A DNA stretch of 56,131 nucleotides, taken from assembly GCA_964342815.1 (NCBI GenBank), contig CAYFHS010000014.1, forward strand, positions 1 to 56,131, in the 5' to 3' direction. Origin of the DNA: an uncultured archaeon (GTDB lineage Archaea > Thermoplasmatota > Penumbrarchaeia > JASLWR01). A program made the translations under genes and the position numbers. Shown here in pieces: positions 1 to 10,301 of the stretch (positions are counted from its first letter, which is position 1; every line of letters begins with the position of its first letter). The notes beneath the pieces are model-generated. The model saw only the letters and a list, made by a program, of their open reading frames with translations. It did no database searches and was not told the DNA's origin.

Positions 1-98
1 AGTTATCAAAAAAAGTAAAAAATGTTATTCTAATTCGAGTTTAGCGTCAAGGCCTCAATAAGGAAAATGGCGTATCTCTTTCTTCATGTAACTTTAAT

Positions 99-2780
99 AT
101 GATATATAATAATACTAATAACGATAATGATGAATATGGATTCTATATGACTACCTGTGATAAAAGCGAAATCATTAACAATACATGTAGCAATAATGGA
201 AAATCTGGATTCTGTTTCTCCTCTGATAATGATAATGAGATTACGAATAATTTTGTCGATTCCAATAAGGAATACGGAATGTATCTTAGTGGTTGTGATT
301 TCAATAATATTCGGAATAATTCTATTAATAATAATAACGAATCGGGACTGTATTTGCGTCGTTGCACTTACAATAATATGATTAATAATACAATAAAGGC
401 TAATAGAAATTATGCATTTATATTAGATGATGAGTGTGCACATAACACAATATTTAACAATTCTATCTTGAACAACAACATCGGCTCGGTACAAGCATAC
501 GATAATGGATTGGATAATAAATGGGACAATTCTAATAACAGGGGAAACTTCTGGTCAGATTACGCAGCTCGATACCCAGAGGCATTGAATAACCGATGGA
601 TCTGGAATATTCCCTATGATATAAATGGAAGTTCAGGTGAAAAGGATAATTTTCCTTTGTGTGCAGCCCCATCCGAAAGAGAATCTCCTATTTTAGAATC
701 GGACAATTCCCCTAACTCAGCAAATACTGGAGATATTTTCTCGTTTGTAAGTGATTTCAGCGATAATTATTTCGTCACTTATGTAACAGTTTTTTATTCT
801 TTTAATCAAATCAATTATTATCATCTCTCAATGAGCAATGTTTCAGAAAAAAGGTGGGTGAAAGATATTATCGTTCCATTAAACAGTACAAATCTTCATT
901 ATTATTATTTTGCTGTAGATGCTGCAAGGAATTTCCTTGTCACACCTTTAAAGTCGATTCCCGTAATTGACAATGATCGGCCTATTTTTGTAAAAGATGA
1001 TACTCATATAGTTCCAACGACAGGGGACAACTTTACTTTTTCTGCCAATTTTTCAGATAATATAAATGTAAAAACAGTTCTGGTACATTATTCATTCGAT
1101 TCGAAGAACTTCCTTTCAGAGGATATGGAGAACATTTATGATGAAATGTGGTCCACATCGATAAGAATAGAATCGAACGCAAGTAATTTATCATATCATT
1201 TCCATTTTGAAGATGAAAGTAACAATTACAATTCTACTAATAATCGGGGCCTACGTGTGTATGATAATGACCCTCCTAAGTTTCTCAAAGATAATTCCTC
1301 GAGTATTGGTACAACCGGAGACGATTTTACTTTTTCGATAAATCTAGGTGATAACATTGCAGTTACCAAGGTTTTTGTTAAATACTCCTTTGATAGATCA
1401 ACATACCATAACATCTCAATGGGGCGGACAAATGAAGCAACGTGGAGTCTTACAATATCTATTGATCATGGTGCAATATATCTTGATTATTCTTTTTATT
1501 TCGAAGATTTTTCAGGGAATTTCAACATTTCACCGGCAAAAAGCGTTGACATATTGGATAATGATCCACCCGTATTTATAGCCGATAATACTTTAAATAT
1601 ATCAACAACAGGAGACAATTTTACTTTTTCAGCGAAAATATTTGATAACATCGAGATTGTTAGTGCATGGGTCCATTACATTATTAACAACAAGAGCGAT
1701 TTCCGATTCAATTTAACTCCTAAAATCGATAATACATGGATTGCCATAATCACCATGCCGGTGAACGCAACCAATCTGAAGTATTATTATAGCTTCGAAG
1801 ATTCTTCAGGGAATTTCATAAATTCTTCAATCATCAATCTATCTGTTTTGGATAATGATGCTCCAATTTCTGAAGCTGGAGAGGACAAGAGTATAAGATT
1901 AGGGGATGAAGTAGTTTTGAACGGGTCAGAAAGTTCGGATAACATAGGTGTGATCAACTATACTTGGTCATTCATGTTCAAAGGTACTGATATTTCTCTA
2001 TATGGACCGATTCAATATTTAACTTTCGACATGCCAGGGAATTATACAATAGCCCTTGACGTTTTCGATGAATACGGGAACAAGGCAACAGATAAATTGA
2101 ACATTATTGTGTTCGTATGGAATACAAGCGAGGACGACGATCTAGATGAATCGGATGATGATGTAGACAATGATGATGATGTGGACGATGATGATGATGT
2201 AGACAATGATGATACAAATGATGAAAATGATGAGGAAGATAATAATGACGATGATACTGAAAATGATTCGGAAGATCAGTATTCAGATTCCCATTCTAAA
2301 CTTCCTTTTTGGATTATTATCCCTCTAATTCTGGTAACTCTGACAATTGTTTCACTTATTCTTTTGTTGGTTATTAGAAGAAAGCGAAAAGAAGATCTTC
2401 CATCGAAAGAGATGACAGTCACTGAGGTACCTTCTCCACCCGAAAGGAAAGATAATCCCGAGGAAAAAACAACAGAAGTCACAACGGACCATATTGATCC
2501 ACCGCTTCCTCATATTGATGATTCCGTAGAAACTGTTTACCACAACCCCATCCCAACATGCCCCACCGGTGGTCTTTTATCCAAATTCAATCCAGAAAAT
2601 AATAGTTATAGGTGCGAAAGTTGCCCTGAGCATATTAGCACAGAAGAAGACAAAAATGAATCGGAGACAACCGAAATAGGACCTCCCGTGGATGAGGTAT
2701 TGCCTCACCCGCCCGAAGATATTCCTCCACTTCCACCCGCAGAATCCAAAGAACCGGCTGTACCTCCTGTAGATGATTAG
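99..2780 (+). CDS. Membrane-anchored surface protein: NosD-like beta-helix repeats, four ~100-aa Ig-like repeats, PKD domain, acidic linker, TM helix and cytoplasmic tail; probably 5'-truncated
   Basis: Asn-rich NN..N...G repeats and GNFWSDY; repeated TGDxFTF...DNDxP units; PKD-like EAGEDK...LNGSESSDNIGVINYTW...GNYTIALDV; D/E-rich tract; hydrophobic LPFWIIIPLILVTLTIVSLILLLVI followed by RRKRK. No signal peptide at the ORF start. Confidence 0.75.
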   Translation: MIYNNTNNDNDEYGFYMTTCDKSEIINNTCSNNGKSGFCFSSDNDNEITNNFVDSNKEYGMYLSGCDFNNIRNNSINNNNESGLYLRRCTYNNMINNTIKANRNYAFILDDECAHNTIFNNSILNNNIGSVQAYDNGLDNKWDNSNNRGNFWSDYAARYPEALNNRWIWNIPYDINGSSGEKDNFPLCAAPSERESPILESDNSPNSANTGDIFSFVSDFSDNYFVTYVTVFYSFNQINYYHLSMSNVSEKRWVKDIIVPLNSTNLHYYYFAVDAARNFLVTPLKSIPVIDNDRPIFVKDDTHIVPTTGDNFTFSANFSDNINVKTVLVHYSFDSKNFLSEDMENIYDEMWSTSIRIESNASNLSYHFHFEDESNNYNSTNNRGLRVYDNDPPKFLKDNSSSIGTTGDDFTFSINLGDNIAVTKVFVKYSFDRSTYHNISMGRTNEATWSLTISIDHGAIYLDYSFYFEDFSGNFNISPAKSVDILDNDPPVFIADNTLNISTTGDNFTFSAKIFDNIEIVSAWVHYIINNKSDFRFNLTPKIDNTWIAIITMPVNATNLKYYYSFEDSSGNFINSSIINLSVLDNDAPISEAGEDKSIRLGDEVVLNGSESSDNIGVINYTWSFMFKGTDISLYGPIQYLTFDMPGNYTIALDVFDEYGNKATDKLNIIVFVWNTSEDDDLDESDDDVDNDDDVDDDDDVDNDDTNDENDEEDNNDDDTENDSEDQYSDSHSKLPFWIIIPLILVTLTIVSLILLLVIRRKRKEDLPSKEMTVTEVPSPPERKDNPEEKTTEVTTDHIDPPLPHIDDSVETVYHNPIPTCPTGGLLSKFNPENNSYRCESCPEHISTEEDKNESETTEIGPPVDEVLPHPPEDIPPLPPAESKEPAVPPVDD

Positions 2781-2958
2781 GGAACCAAATGAGATGAAGA
2801 AACGAAATCCGCCAGTGACCAGGATTCACTCTTTGATTAACCTGGAACAATTGTTTTTCGAATTAATTGATGGAAAAGTATCATAAAGGATAACAATTTT
2901 TTGATAAAGATAATCAATTGATTCCCCAGGATATTTTGAAGTACCGAAAATAATAGAA

Positions 2959-3834
2959 GTGGTATACCTGAAAACCTTCGAATATCACGAGCCATCGACC
3001 CTCGCCGAAGCGTCTTCCCTTCTATCCCAGCTCGGCTCAGACGCAATTATCTACGCAGGCGGGACCGATATCATCCCCAAGATTAGGTACAAAAGAATAT
3101 TTCCTGCTCATCTCATCAATATAAAAAAAATACCTCAATTAAATGAAATTTCCTACGATGAAAAACTCACCATAGGCGCTCTTGGGACGTTCAACGATAT
3201 CTGTTTTTCGAAAGTTGTACGGGATAGATTTCCGGTATTGGTTGAGGTCTGCGAGCATATCGCATCACACCAGGTACGTAATCTAGCCACTATCGGGGGC
3301 AACATATGCAATGCGGCCCCGTCCGCTGATTCGCCCCCCATTCTCATCGTCTATGGGGCTGAAGTGGATGTATTCCACCCGACAGGTTCGCGAACAGTCC
3401 TGCTGGAAGAGTTCTTCAAGGGACCGGGTGAAGTCGATCTCAAAGACGGTGAAATACTCACAAAAATAATAATTCCGGAAGTACTCCCGAATACCGGTCA
3501 TGCCTACATCAAACACACAATCCGAAAATCACTCGATATCGCCATCGTCTGCGTGGCGGTCTCCGTCACTCTCGACGAGGATGATAAATGCACCGACGCT
3601 CGCATAGTTGTAGGTGCCTCGGCTCCGGTACCGCTGCGAACAAGAGATGCCGAGAAATATCTGATCGGAACCTATCTGCAGCTCGCCGACGTTGACAGGG
3701 CCGGGGAAGCGGCAGTCCGCGAGATCGCTCCTATTGATGACGTAAGGGGTTCGGCGAAATACCGCCGTGAGATGACGAAAATCAATCTTAAACGAGCAAT
3801 TGAGTTGGCAAAAGGGAGGGCGCATCATGGTTGA
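2959..3834 (+). CDS. Xanthine dehydrogenase/CoxM-family FAD-binding subunit
   Basis: YAGGTDIIP and QVRNLATIGGNICNAAPSAD motifs; C-terminal PIDDVRGSAKYRREM; first gene of an M-S-L trio with overlapping stops and starts. Confidence 0.9.
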   Translation: MVYLKTFEYHEPSTLAEASSLLSQLGSDAIIYAGGTDIIPKIRYKRIFPAHLINIKKIPQLNEISYDEKLTIGALGTFNDICFSKVVRDRFPVLVEVCEHIASHQVRNLATIGGNICNAAPSADSPPILIVYGAEVDVFHPTGSRTVLLEEFFKGPGEVDLKDGEILTKIIIPEVLPNTGHAYIKHTIRKSLDIAIVCVAVSVTLDEDDKCTDARIVVGASAPVPLRTRDAEKYLIGTYLQLADVDRAGEAAVREIAPIDDVRGSAKYRREMTKINLKRAIELAKGRAHHG

Positions 3835-4294
3835 AATTTCACTTCAACTCAAAGTCAACATGCAGAAGTACGAAATAAGCGTATCACCCACCATGACGCT
3901 ACTCGAAATACTGCGGGGGGAAATTGGTCTTACAGGAACGAAGAAAGGATGCGGCACCGGCGACTGCGGTGCTTGCACAGTTCTCTTGAACGGTAAAGCG
4001 GTGAACGCCTGCCTGATACTTGCGGCAGATACAATGGGTACCGAGATCACCACCATAGAGGGCCTCGCGGTGAATGGTAAACTTCACCCAATCCAGCAGT
4101 CATTCGTAGACCACGGGGCAATTCAGTGCGGTTTCTGCTCGCCAGGGATGATCATGTCGGCAGCGGACTTGCTCTCAAGAAACCCGAACCCCACAGCCGA
4201 AGAAGCCAAGAACGCCATATCTGGAAATCTCTGCAGGTGCACGGGTTACATAAAGATAATCGAAGCTATTACGGCGGTAAACAAGTATGAGTAA
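3827..4294 (+). CDS. Xanthine dehydrogenase/CoxS-family 2Fe-2S subunit
   Basis: GCGTGDCGACTV, QCGFCSPG and NLCRCTGY Fe-S motifs. Start moved to ATG 3827, which has GGGAGG upstream and overlaps the previous stop. Confidence 0.92.
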   Translation: MVEISLQLKVNMQKYEISVSPTMTLLEILRGEIGLTGTKKGCGTGDCGACTVLLNGKAVNACLILAADTMGTEITTIEGLAVNGKLHPIQQSFVDHGAIQCGFCSPGMIMSAADLLSRNPNPTAEEAKNAISGNLCRCTGYIKIIEAITAVNKYE

Positions 4295-6563
4295 TTTATA
4301 TACCAACATCGGTAGACGCGTTCCCAAGCTGGATGCGCCGGACAAGGCCACCGGGAGAGCCAGATATCTCCAGGACCTCAAGCTGCCGGGCATGCTTCAC
4401 GGAAAGATACTCTGGAGCGAGTATCCTCATGCACGGATTGTGAATATCGACACTTCGGAGGCATTGAAGATTCCAGGTGTCGTAGCGGTCATCACCGCCA
4501 AAGATCTTCCTGAACGGAATTCTGGGTTTATGAAGGACAATCCACCGCTAAAACGGGATAAGGTCCGATCCCTGAGAGACGAGGTAGCGGCTGTTGCAGC
4601 GGTCAGCGAGGAAATAGCCGAGGCTGCGCTGGAGTGTATCAGGGTCGATTATCTGGAGCTGCCGGGGATATTTGACCCCGAGGACTCACTTCGCGATGGA
4701 GCCCCTCTCGTTCACGAAGAAAATAAAAATAATCGGGTGAAAATGAAATACAGGTTCGAAAACGGTGACGTGGAAGAAGGAAGGAAGCGTTCGGTCCACA
4801 TTGTCAAGGGCCGGTTCAAGCTTCATTTCGTCACCCATACATGCCTCGGTACCTGCTGCTGTATCGCGGATTTCGACGCCAAAGGAAAATTGATAATGTA
4901 TTCTCCATCACAGGTTCCATTTCTGCATCAGAAGGATATGGCAGACGTTATGGAAATGTCCGGTTCGGACATCCGTATAATCCAACCTACCATTGGCGGC
5001 GCTTTCGGCAGCAAGCTGGATCTCTACCCTTACGAGATCATCTGCGCCCATCTTGCTAAAGCCGTAGGCAGACCCGTCCGCTTATCATTTTCCAGAACAG
5101 AGGAATTCTGCTGCACTCCAACGAGGCAGCCCGCAATAATCGAGTCTGAAGCCGGGGTTGACGCGGAAGGTAAATTAACCTTTAGGGAGGCGCATATTAT
5201 TCTCGACGCAGGTGCCTACGTTTCCTGGGGTCCCACCATACCTTACGTGATGATGAATTCCTTCTCGTCGCTTTACAGAGTTACAAATGTAAGTTTTGCG
5301 ACGTCAATCGCTTATACCAACAATATTTATGCAGGGGCTTTCAGGGGTTATGGAAATCCACAGGGTACCTTCGTGGTGGAAACCCAAATGGACGAGCTGG
5401 CAAAACTGGCGAACATGGATCCTCTCAATTTTAGAATATTGAATTCAAACAGGCCGGGGGAGACAACCCCCCAGGGAATGAAGGTCACCACCTGCGGCTT
5501 GGAGGAATGTCTCAAAAGAGCTGCTAAAGGTATAAATTGGAAGGAGAATCGGAACGCAGCTAAGGGAATAATCAGGCGGGGGGTGGGCCTTGCATCTTTC
5601 TTCCACGTAGGCGGTGGGGCAAGGGTCTATCGTTCGGACGGCTGCGGCGCCATAGTGAAGATAGATGATTTCGGACAGGTGACCCTCATTACCGGCTCTT
5701 CCGAGATCGGCCAGGGCAGCGAAACGGTTCTTGCGCAGATCACGGCGGAGGAATTGGGTGTTCGGGTTGAGGATGTCAAGGTAATAAATTCCGATACCGA
5801 TATCAAACCCTGGGACGTGGGCGTACATGCTTCGAGAACCACATTCATTGCCGGGAATGCCGCAAGGCTTGCTGCCGCAAAGGCAAAGCGGAAAATACTG
5901 GAAATGGCGGCCCCGGAGTTGGGAGTTCAATGGGATGAACTGGATATCAACGACCGTTTTATTTTTTGCAAGGCGAAACCTGAAAAACGTATCCTTTTCC
6001 ACAAGATATTGCGGAAAAAACATTTCGCATACGATGGAAATATAATCGTCACAGAACATTTTTACGATCCGCCCACCAAACGTCAGGACCGAGATTTCAA
6101 GGGGAACGTGTCCGCCACTTACGCTTTTGGGACCCAGGCGGCAGAGGTTGAAGTGGATACTGAGACCGGCATTGTCCGTGTATTGAAGATGGTGGTGGCG
6201 GACGACGTGGGAAGGGCCCTGAACCCAATGCTTCTTGAAGGACAGCTTGAGGGTGGTATTGCACAGGGGATAGGTTACGGTATATATGAAAATCTACTGC
6301 TAAATAAAGGAAGAGTAATGAATCCAACGTTTCTGGACTACAAGATTCCTACTGTGAGAGATATGCCTGAGATAAAGGTGGAAATGGTGGAAACCCATGA
6401 CAGGGAGGGGCCCTTCGGTGCCAAGGGTATCGCGGAATCAGGTTCCATTCCAACGGCGGCGGCCATTGCAAATGCAGTGTACGATGCCGTGGGCGTTAGG
6501 ATAAGAGAGCTGCCGCTTACCCCGGAAAAAGTGCTGTGTGCGCTTTGTGAAAAAAACGATTAA
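4287..6563 (+). CDS. Xanthine dehydrogenase-family molybdopterin-binding large subunit, substrate unknown
   Basis: IGGAFGSK, AFRGYGNPQ, GQGSETVLAQI, GQLEGGIAQGIG and GAKGIAE motifs. The loop is AFRGYG, not the CoxL AYRCSFR. Confidence 0.9.
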   Translation: MSNLYTNIGRRVPKLDAPDKATGRARYLQDLKLPGMLHGKILWSEYPHARIVNIDTSEALKIPGVVAVITAKDLPERNSGFMKDNPPLKRDKVRSLRDEVAAVAAVSEEIAEAALECIRVDYLELPGIFDPEDSLRDGAPLVHEENKNNRVKMKYRFENGDVEEGRKRSVHIVKGRFKLHFVTHTCLGTCCCIADFDAKGKLIMYSPSQVPFLHQKDMADVMEMSGSDIRIIQPTIGGAFGSKLDLYPYEIICAHLAKAVGRPVRLSFSRTEEFCCTPTRQPAIIESEAGVDAEGKLTFREAHIILDAGAYVSWGPTIPYVMMNSFSSLYRVTNVSFATSIAYTNNIYAGAFRGYGNPQGTFVVETQMDELAKLANMDPLNFRILNSNRPGETTPQGMKVTTCGLEECLKRAAKGINWKENRNAAKGIIRRGVGLASFFHVGGGARVYRSDGCGAIVKIDDFGQVTLITGSSEIGQGSETVLAQITAEELGVRVEDVKVINSDTDIKPWDVGVHASRTTFIAGNAARLAAAKAKRKILEMAAPELGVQWDELDINDRFIFCKAKPEKRILFHKILRKKHFAYDGNIIVTEHFYDPPTKRQDRDFKGNVSATYAFGTQAAEVEVDTETGIVRVLKMVVADDVGRALNPMLLEGQLEGGIAQGIGYGIYENLLLNKGRVMNPTFLDYKIPTVRDMPEIKVEMVETHDREGPFGAKGIAESGSIPTAAAIANAVYDAVGVRIRELPLTPEKVLCALCEKND

Positions 6564-6585
6564 AATATACAGTAAGGTGCGGGAA

Positions 6586-8382
6586 ATGGAAGATATAAAA
6601 AAAATCGTCAAAACTAGCTATTCTGATGTTATATCACTGGCAAGAAGGAGAGGATTTCTTTATCCATCCTTCGATCTTTACGGCGGAGTTGCCGGTTTTT
6701 ATGATTGGGGGCCAGTGGGAAGTCTTCTGAAGAATAATTTTATTAAAATATGGCGGGAGGCATACGTCGACGGGGAAGGATTCTTCGAGATAGATTGTCC
6801 AAACGTCACCCCCGAGGTCGTGTTCAAAGCCTCAGGACATCTCGACGAATTCACCGATTATATGACCGCATGTAATAAATGCAGCCAGCATTTCCGGGCG
6901 GATCACCTGGTGGCAGAACTGCATCCCAATCCCGATTCATTAAGCAAGAACGAACTTGCAATGTTGATCAATAAAAATGACGTTAAGTGTCCCGAGTGCA
7001 AAGGCGATCTCACGGATCTGTACGCTTTCAATCTCATGTTCAAAACGAATATTGGTCCTACTTCCGACAGACCCGGCTATCTCAGGCCCGAGACGGCCCA
7101 GGGGATATTCCTGAACTTCCGGAACCTCTACCTTCACAACAGGCAAAAACTGCCCATGGGAGCGGTACAGATAGGAACGGGTTTCAGAAATGAGATTTCG
7201 CCCCGTCAAGGAGTTATCAGGGTACGCGAATTCCAGATGGCGGAACTTGAACTTTTCGTTGACCCGGAAGATCGGGACTATGTGAACTATCCGTTCCTGA
7301 AACACGTTTCGCTAAGGCTGCTTCCCGACACCCCCGAAAAAGAAATACTCGAACGAACTGTGGAGGAAGCGGTGGAGGAGGGTATAATCGGCAGCAGGAT
7401 CCTTGCCTATTTCGTGGCTCTCACCCAGGAGATATTATTGAAGGCCGGACTCGATCCGGACCGGATAAGAATCAGGCAGCATGAAACCCAAGAGATGGCC
7501 CACTATGCAAAGGACTGCTGGGATGCGGAAGCCTTGACCGATTTCGGATGGATCGAACTTGTAGGCGTAGCCGACAGGTCCTGTTATGATCTCGAACAGC
7601 ATATGAAGCAATCGGGAGTGGATCTGAGGGCTATGAGGCAGCTCGCGGAACCCAAGATGGTTAAAGTCAGTACCATAGAGCCGGACATGAAAAAACTGGG
7701 TCCGGTATTCAGGGGACGAGCCGGAAAGATACGCGAGCTTCTGCTAGGTATGGATAACGATGCAGTGGCAGCAGTGGAGGGCGGCGACGAGCTGCTTGTT
7801 ACCTTGGACAATGAAGAAATAAGCATCAGCCCCGATATGTATACCATTGAAGAAATCCAAGAGAACAGATCCATTGAGCGGTTCATGCCCCATGTGATAG
7901 AGCCGTCGTACGGAGTGGGCCGGATACTGTACTGTGTTCTGGAGCATTCTTTGGAGCGTCTTGTCGACGAGTCCGGTGAGGAGACCCGAATACTTCACCT
8001 GCCACCGACCATGGCCCCTTACCTGTTTGCCGTGTTCCCTCTCATGAGCAGAGACGGACTGACGGAACATGCCAAAGAACTGTTCAAAATTATCAAAGAA
8101 GAGCTAGGAGGAAGAGGATTTCTGGGTTTCTACGATGAATCCGGCAGTATCGGAAGGAGGTATTCCAGGATGGACGAGATCGGCACCCCATATTGTCTGA
8201 CGGTCGATTACGAAACTCTGGAAGACGGAACCTTCACCATTCGGGAAAGAGACTCGAAAGAGCAAGCAAGGATAAACGATAAACAGGTCAGAATCGCAAT
8301 AAGAGAACTTGTAGTTCACGGATTATCCTTGAAGGAATGGGCAAAAAAGAACGGCGTAAAGCTTATCAGCCGGGATAATTGA
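6586..8382 (+). CDS. glyS: Glycine--tRNA ligase, archaeal/eukaryal homodimeric type
   Basis: LRPETAQGIF, FRNEISPRQGVIRVREF, HVIEPSYGVGR and the anticodon-domain SIGRRYSRMDEIGTPY. ATG 6586 chosen as start because AGGTG lies upstream. Confidence 0.95.
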   Translation: MEDIKKIVKTSYSDVISLARRRGFLYPSFDLYGGVAGFYDWGPVGSLLKNNFIKIWREAYVDGEGFFEIDCPNVTPEVVFKASGHLDEFTDYMTACNKCSQHFRADHLVAELHPNPDSLSKNELAMLINKNDVKCPECKGDLTDLYAFNLMFKTNIGPTSDRPGYLRPETAQGIFLNFRNLYLHNRQKLPMGAVQIGTGFRNEISPRQGVIRVREFQMAELELFVDPEDRDYVNYPFLKHVSLRLLPDTPEKEILERTVEEAVEEGIIGSRILAYFVALTQEILLKAGLDPDRIRIRQHETQEMAHYAKDCWDAEALTDFGWIELVGVADRSCYDLEQHMKQSGVDLRAMRQLAEPKMVKVSTIEPDMKKLGPVFRGRAGKIRELLLGMDNDAVAAVEGGDELLVTLDNEEISISPDMYTIEEIQENRSIERFMPHVIEPSYGVGRILYCVLEHSLERLVDESGEETRILHLPPTMAPYLFAVFPLMSRDGLTEHAKELFKIIKEELGGRGFLGFYDESGSIGRRYSRMDEIGTPYCLTVDYETLEDGTFTIRERDSKEQARINDKQVRIAIRELVVHGLSLKEWAKKNGVKLISRDN

Positions 8383-8385
8383 TAC

Positions 8386-9444
8386 TCAGCCCTGGAGGAA
8401 TTCCATCAATTTTTTTCTGGCTATGTAATCTTCCTGCTGTTGCGGCGGTTTTTTGTTGAAGAAAGAACAGGCGGGATGCAGCACCCCTCCGACACCGCGG
8501 TCCATGGCGATCTTCTCAATACGAATGGCGTCTGTTAGTATGCCAGCCGAGTTATAGGCGTCGATGACCTGCATCGTTATATCGATCCTAACCGGAACAC
8601 CGCCGAATATCCGTCCTTCGATCCTTGTGTAAGCCTCCTTGGTATTTCGAAGGAATGGAATGTAATCCACTGCAGATATCTGGCAATCCACGGTCTCCTG
8701 GTTCGGCAGTTTCGCTATTACTGACTCGGTTTTGGACTGGCGCTTTCCCTGCTCGTACCGATTATTGCTCGTGAGATTGCAGAAGTCCATATCCCCACCC
8801 CAATCCAGTTGAATAGTCCGGTCCAGATACGCGCCTCTGGCAGGAAACAGATTGGCCAGGCCCCGATGAATTATCGTTGCCCCGATCTGGCTTTTTATAT
8901 CGTCACCCACCAGGGGGAGACCGAGACGCTCCGCTTTTTCAACAATATCTTTGTTATTGGCTATATGCGCGGGCATGCCGTTAATAACTCCACACCCGGC
9001 ATCGAGAGCCGCATTCGCATAGAAGGCCGCTGCCTCGTTGGAACCGGTTGGTATCATAATGACAACGACATCAACATTCCTTTTTCTCAGCTCATCGGTC
9101 ACGTCCACAGTTTGTTGTGTTTCGGTTATGGGAACGTAATCCCTAATCCGGCTGTTCAATCCATCCATGACCGGGCCCTTGAGGACCGCAGCGTCCATTG
9201 CCGACGGTTCATAAACCGTAATTGTATTGTTAGGTTCAATGAAAATAGCCTCATTCAAGTCTTTTCCGACTTTATTAGCATTGACTTCGAAAGCAACAAC
9301 AAATTCGATGTCGTTTAGGGAATACTGCGTGATCTCGGACAATACCCCGATTGCGGAATCAGGATTCCTTTTATACATCTCGACCCCCTGAACAAGAGCC
9401 GAGGCAACATTTCCTATGCCAACAAGGGCTACTCGTATTGCCAT
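8386..9444 (-). CDS. ino1: myo-inositol-1-phosphate synthase
   Basis: Rossmann VALVGIGNVASALVQG; GDDIKSQIGATIIHR; QLDWGGDMDFCNL; KRQSKTESV; AYNSAGILTDAIR. Start set at ATG 9444. Confidence 0.92.
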   Translation of the reverse strand: MAIRVALVGIGNVASALVQGVEMYKRNPDSAIGVLSEITQYSLNDIEFVVAFEVNANKVGKDLNEAIFIEPNNTITVYEPSAMDAAVLKGPVMDGLNSRIRDYVPITETQQTVDVTDELRKRNVDVVVIMIPTGSNEAAAFYANAALDAGCGVINGMPAHIANNKDIVEKAERLGLPLVGDDIKSQIGATIIHRGLANLFPARGAYLDRTIQLDWGGDMDFCNLTSNNRYEQGKRQSKTESVIAKLPNQETVDCQISAVDYIPFLRNTKEAYTRIEGRIFGGVPVRIDITMQVIDAYNSAGILTDAIRIEKIAMDRGVGGVLHPACSFFNKKPPQQQEDYIARKKLMEFLQG

Positions 9445-9530
9445 GTGTGCTGGAATCAATTTCTATTATAAAAATGTTATCAGTGGGTGGTACTATTGAA
9501 AATAATCAAATAACTGGTATCATTGCTACC

Positions 9531-10301
9531 CTAAATGAATGAACTGTGATATTCCATGCAAATATCTGCGATCCTCTCCGGTGCACCCGGCCAATGGGTG
9601 AACTGGGGGAACGCGCCAGGGTCCACCAGGACCAATTCTCCTGTACTGTTCTCTCTAACGAGATCGAGATGACCGAACTGCAGCCCGGTAGCGTCTCGCC
9701 AACGTTTAACTGCATCTGAAATATCTTTTTCCGGAGAGTTGAATCTTACAGGAAAATGCTCGTTTTTAAAAGGTTCTTTTTCAAAGACCATTATATCGTT
9801 CTCTATAAAATAACATATTAGGTGCAGGCCCGAAATGTACTGCTCCAAATAATAGAAACGTTTGTTCATGCCAGCGATTTCATCAATGGATCTTAAAAAT
9901 TTTATATCTCTGCTGCCGGTGCCCACAATTCCTTTTAGCATCAACGGGAAATCGGTTTCAGACAATGTCTTCCTGATGGTTTCTGGGAAACCCATGTAAA
10001 AATTGGGAGTTCGGATTCCGGCGATCCTGGCAATGAACGGAAACTGGATCCTGTTCGATACCTTGTGAGTGATATCTGGTTCGGGAATGACCGGGATACC
10101 CATGGATTGGGCCAGATATCCGGCGTAGATGAAAAATAATTTTTTGGATTTCAATATAACGAGATCATATTTTCTGATTTTGTCATCGACAGTCAAGCTC
10201 AAAAGGTTAATGGGGATCACATGGTGATCCTTCTTTTCAAGATCTGCCCGGAAATGCTCAAAGAAGCCTTTCTCCTTCTTTGTATACACGGCGATATTCA
10301 T
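9531..10301 (-). CDS. ATP-grasp protein, ITPK1-like but divergent
   Basis: YDLVILKSK; PLMLKGIVG; YLEQYI; FGHLDL...LVDPGAFPQF matches the ITPK1-type DINxFP segment with N replaced by G. 4-bp overlap with the upstream gene. Confidence 0.7.
   Translation of the reverse strand: MNIAVYTKKEKGFFEHFRADLEKKDHHVIPINLLSLTVDDKIRKYDLVILKSKKLFFIYAGYLAQSMGIPVIPEPDITHKVSNRIQFPFIARIAGIRTPNFYMGFPETIRKTLSETDFPLMLKGIVGTGSRDIKFLRSIDEIAGMNKRFYYLEQYISGLHLICYFIENDIMVFEKEPFKNEHFPVRFNSPEKDISDAVKRWRDATGLQFGHLDLVRENSTGELVLVDPGAFPQFTHWPGAPERIADICMEYHSSFI

Noticed and set aside
2130-2280. GAT-rich microsatellite as a separate element
   Set aside because: It is explained as the Asp-rich stalk between the PKD domain and the TM helix.
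4287-6563. Aerobic CO dehydrogenase (coxL)
   Set aside because: It lacks the AYRCSFR active-site loop.
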